Below the pieces are notes generated by a model, which saw nothing but the letters and a program-made list of their open reading frames with translations, was not told where the DNA came from and searched no databases. Of a stretch of DNA of 32,000 nt, positions 28,992-32,000 are shown in pieces. Source of the stretch: Candidatus Saccharimonadota bacterium (lineage in GTDB: Bacteria > Pseudomonadota > Gammaproteobacteria > Enterobacterales > Enterobacteriaceae); contig CP145872.1 in assembly GCA_041941795.1 (NCBI GenBank), forward strand, positions 420,001-452,000. Reading direction: 5' to 3'. The translations under genes and the position numbers were made by a program. The stretch's first letter is position 1. Every line of letters begins with the position of its first letter.

Positions 28992-30551
28992 ATGGAACTA
29001 TTAAAAATTAGTGAACCAGGAACTAACTACTTAAGCACATCCTTATTAGCTAAGAATAAAAAAATTGCGGTAGGTATTGATTTAGGGACTACTTATTCTC
29101 TGGTCGCAACCATTCATAATGGTAAACTTCAGACATTATCCGATGATAATAATCGATCTTTACTCCCCTCAGTAGTACATTATCAAGATAATAAAAAAAT
29201 TATTGGTTGGAAAGCACTTAAATATGCATCTTCTGATCCTATTAATACTATATTTTCTGTTAAGCGACTTCTTGGTTATTCTCTTACGGAAATAAAAAAG
29301 AGATATCCTGATCTACCTTATCAATTTCAAGCTAGTAAAAACGACTTGCCTCTTATATGTACATCCTATGGAATAACCAATCCTATTCAAGTGTCTAGTG
29401 AAATTTTATTTGAGTTATCGGAACGGGCACGGCACATGTTAAAAAGTAATTTATCAGGTGCAGTCATTACTGTTCCGGCATATTTCAACGATACACAACG
29501 AGGAAATACTAGAGAAGCAGCTAATAAATGTGGTTTACATGTATTAAGATTACTTAATGAACCAACCGCAGCTGCTATCGCTTATGGATTAGATTCTAAA
29601 CAGGAAGGAATAATTGCAGTATATGATTTAGGAGGAGGAACTTTTGATATTTCGATTCTTCGGTTGAAAAAGGGAATTTTTGAAGTTTTATCAACCGGGG
29701 GCATTGCTACTTTAGGAGGGGATGATTTTGATCGTTTGTTAGTAAATTGGATCCAATGTCAAATTGGTATAAAGAGTGAGAATGTTATTCTCCAAAGAAA
29801 ATTTTTAGAAGCCGCCGTAGCTGCTAAAATTAAGCTTAGTAACCATGTACAAACTATTTGCCAGGTGGAGAAGTGGGAGATTTTAGTAACTAGAAGTGAG
29901 TTTGAAGGATTAATTTATAGTGCAGTACAACGAACTATATCAATGTGTCGGCGCACTATTAAAGATGCTAACCTAAAAGTAGAAGAAGTATTGCAAGTCA
30001 TTATGGTAGGAGGCTCTACTAGAATTCCTCTTATCCGAAAAATGGTAAAAAATTTTTTTGGGTTAATTCCTCTTACATCAATTGATCCTGACAAAGTCGT
30101 AGTTTTAGGAGCTGCTATTCATGCAGATTGCTTGGTAGGTAATAAGCCGGATCAAGAGATGTTATTATTAGATGTTATTCCATTATCGCTAGGCATAGAA
30201 ACTTTAGGAGGAGGAGTAGAAAAAATTATTTATAGAAATACTCCTATACCTACTTCTAAAGTAAAATATTTTACTAATTTTCAGAAAGGACAAACTTCCA
30301 TAATCATTCATGTCCTACAGGGAGAACGAGAACAAGTAATTAATTGTCGTTCTCTGGCACGCTTTACTTTAAGTGGTCTTCCTTATCTTGAGGCGGGACA
30401 AGCATGCATGAAAGTCATTTTTCAGGTAGATGAAAACGGATTATTAAGAGTAACTGCTACTGAGCAAATTACTGGTACTACGGCCTCTATTAAACTAGAT
30501 CCCACTTATGGATTAACAGATAGAGAAATGATTTCTATGATTCAGGAATAA
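28992..30551 (+). CDS. hscA: Fe-S chaperone HscA (Hsp70 family), lacking about 100 C-terminal residues (helical lid)
   Basis: 519 aa, collinear with E. coli HscA from [10 protein letters not shown] (MALLQISEPG) through …GIDLGTT.SLVAT…[14 protein letters not shown]...[43 protein letters not shown]…MVGGSTR.PL.R…[24 protein letters not shown]… to …[14 protein letters not shown], then stop. E. coli HscA continues for 101 more residues. Confidence 0.95.
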   Translation: MELLKISEPGTNYLSTSLLAKNKKIAVGIDLGTTYSLVATIHNGKLQTLSDDNNRSLLPSVVHYQDNKKIIGWKALKYASSDPINTIFSVKRLLGYSLTEIKKRYPDLPYQFQASKNDLPLICTSYGITNPIQVSSEILFELSERARHMLKSNLSGAVITVPAYFNDTQRGNTREAANKCGLHVLRLLNEPTAAAIAYGLDSKQEGIIAVYDLGGGTFDISILRLKKGIFEVLSTGGIATLGGDDFDRLLVNWIQCQIGIKSENVILQRKFLEAAVAAKIKLSNHVQTICQVEKWEILVTRSEFEGLIYSAVQRTISMCRRTIKDANLKVEEVLQVIMVGGSTRIPLIRKMVKNFFGLIPLTSIDPDKVVVLGAAIHADCLVGNKPDQEMLLLDVIPLSLGIETLGGGVEKIIYRNTPIPTSKVKYFTNFQKGQTSIIIHVLQGEREQVINCRSLARFTLSGLPYLEAGQACMKVIFQVDENGLLRVTATEQITGTTASIKLDPTYGLTDREMISMIQE

Positions 30552-30640
30552 CATTTGAAATTAAGAAAAATATTAACCTTTTACATAAGACATAATATCT
30601 CAATGGAAAATTTTTTCTCACTAAAACTAGGTATACGTTA

Positions 30641-30973
30641 ATGCCTACTATTATTTTTTTACCTCATCATATATTAATACCAGAACAAATAAAAATTGAT
30701 GCTGTAGTAGGAGAAAGTATCTTAGATGCAGCGTTACGTAATGGTATTCTAATAGAGCACGCTTGTGAAAGATCTTGTGCGTGTGCAACATGTCACTGTA
30801 TAGTGCGAAAAGGTTTTGCATCTTTAATGAGTAAAAATGAAAATGAAGAAGATATGTTAGATAAAGCATGGGGATTAGAAGCAACGAGCAGATTAAGTTG
30901 TCAGGCTAAGGTTACAAATCAAGATTTAGTAGTTGAAATTCCTAGATATAGTATAAACATACTATCAGAATAA
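30641..30973 (+). CDS. fdx: [2Fe-2S] ferredoxin of the ISC system
   Basis: 110 aa, MPTIIFLPH......[34 protein letters not shown]....[32 protein letters not shown]. Near-identical to E. coli Fdx. Confidence 0.97.
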   Translation: MPTIIFLPHHILIPEQIKIDAVVGESILDAALRNGILIEHACERSCACATCHCIVRKGFASLMSKNENEEDMLDKAWGLEATSRLSCQAKVTNQDLVVEIPRYSINILSE

Positions 30974-31032
30974 CATTTTTCAGAAGTATTTGTGGATATA
31001 AACAATATATTGAGATTTTAACAGGTATCTAT

Positions 31033-31452
31033 ATGAGCAGAGAACGAACCTTGTCTATTATCAAACCTAATGCAGTATCTAAAAGAGTGATTGGCAAGAT
31101 TTATACCCGATTTGAGAATGCTGGTTTTATAATTATTGCGGCTAAAATGAAATCTCTTAATAGAGAGATGGCTCAGGAATTTTATAAAGAGCATAAAAAA
31201 AAATATTTTTTTGATAACTTGTTAAGTTTTATAACTTCTGGGCCTATTATGCTTTCTATATTACAGCGAGAAAATGCAGTTCAGTGTTTACGTGACTTAA
31301 TGGGATCTACTAATCCAGAGGATTCCCTAGCTGGTACGCTCAGAGCAGATTATGGTGATAGTATAATAGAAAATGCTGTCCATGGATCAGATTCGCTTGC
31401 TTCTGCGAATCGCGAAATTCAGTTATTTTTTAGTAAAAATGAAATTTTTTAG
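31033..31452 (+). CDS. ndk: Nucleoside diphosphate kinase
   Basis: 139 aa, ..[23 protein letters not shown]...KM..L....A..FY.EH...FF..L..F.TSGPI...L..ENAV...R.L.G.TNP...[18 protein letters not shown]. The active-site His (NAVHGSD) is present. Confidence 0.96.
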   Translation: MSRERTLSIIKPNAVSKRVIGKIYTRFENAGFIIIAAKMKSLNREMAQEFYKEHKKKYFFDNLLSFITSGPIMLSILQRENAVQCLRDLMGSTNPEDSLAGTLRADYGDSIIENAVHGSDSLASANREIQLFFSKNEIF

Positions 31453-31615
31453 ATATTTTAAAGAAAAAAGTTTTGATAGATAAAAACCCTCTCTCTCCTC
31501 TCTGAGACTAACATCGTAGGGAATCGTAATTATAGTAGTAGTTTTGTTAAAAGGAATAATGAAAAATTTTTAAAATATCCTCAGTTTATTCACTAATATA
31601 AAAAAGCACTAAAAA

Positions 31616-31645
31616 AGTCACTAATTATTTAGTGACTTTTTTTTT
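31616..31645. terminator. Candidate bidirectional intrinsic terminator
   Basis: AGTCACTAA-TTAT-TTAGTGACT forms a perfect 9-bp stem with a 4-nt loop. It is followed by 8 more T and preceded by AAAAAA. It lies 164 nt downstream of the ndk stop. Confidence 0.5.
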
Positions 31646-32000
31646 CTTGCTTTTAAAAAAAGTACATAGATATGTTCAATGCAGAGAGTATTATCCTATT
31701 TTAGGATATAAATGGCTTTATAAATGTTATTTTTAATCGTCCTTACTATATTGAAGGTTAAAACCATAATAAATTATGTAAAAAGTATAATTTTGCTGTT
31801 AATATTAATAAAAGCAAGAAAAAGTACTGGATAGATCTCTGTATTCTCAAAGAAGATAATTTTTTTTGCTGATATCTATAGATTTATCCTTAAACTAGAG
31901 ACTCCTAAATTTTAGGAATATTTGTTAATCCATTAAAATAAAAACAGATCTTAAGGAGAAGAATGGATTAAACAGGGAAAATAAAAAAATTTTTATAAAA

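Noticed and set aside
1-32000. Search for CRISPR arrays, IS or transposase genes, integrases, phage genes, toxin-antitoxin pairs, restriction-modification or other defence systems, rRNA, tmRNA, RNase P RNA and 4.5S RNA signatures.
   Set aside because: I saw no direct-repeat arrays, no terminal inverted repeats flanking ORFs, and no ORF lacking a housekeeping assignment other than the priB-slot ORF. None of the conserved RNA signature strings I know (for example the GGAAAGTCCGG-type RNase P core or the tmRNA 5' end) is present. I find no support for a novel system in this window.

Overview
This window looks like a core housekeeping segment from a strongly AT-rich, reduced Gammaproteobacterial genome (about 30% GC by eye). 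It is Enterobacterales-like and has the appearance of an insect-endosymbiont chromosome. I cannot assign a species from the sequence alone. Proteins and gene order track E. coli closely, with many deletions.

Layout:
- 1-11721 (+): the end of the S10 operon (rplB onward), the complete spc operon (rplN to rpmJ, including secY) and the alpha operon (rpsM-rpsK-rpsD-rpoA-rplQ).
- 11741-15288 (-): rplI, rpsR, a 79-codon ORF in the priB slot, rpsF, rlmB, an eroded spacer, and a clearly decayed purA pseudogene.
- 15386-24386: tRNA-Pro(GGG), rplY, nfo, a stand-alone yfaE-like 2Fe-2S ferredoxin, asnS, tRNA-Asn(GTT), folA, nusB, tRNA-Phe(GAA), cutA, gyrA and tadA.
- 24840-31452: suhB, then iscR-iscS-iscU-iscA-hscB-hscA-fdx and ndk.

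I found no mobile elements, CRISPR arrays, rRNA genes, prophage, toxin-antitoxin or defence-like genes, and no convincing novel multi-gene system. The interesting signals are genome-reduction phenomena:
- a purA pseudogene;
- an HscA lacking its C-terminal helical lid;
- a SuhB with substituted phosphatase metal-site motifs;
- Met at the Ser83-equivalent position of GyrA;
- a candidate IscR box and a perfect 20-bp palindrome in front of iscR;
- a folA 3' extension running antisense into tRNA-Asn;
- several long non-coding 'graveyard' spacers.

All homology statements come from by-eye alignment to remembered E. coli sequences. No database search was run.
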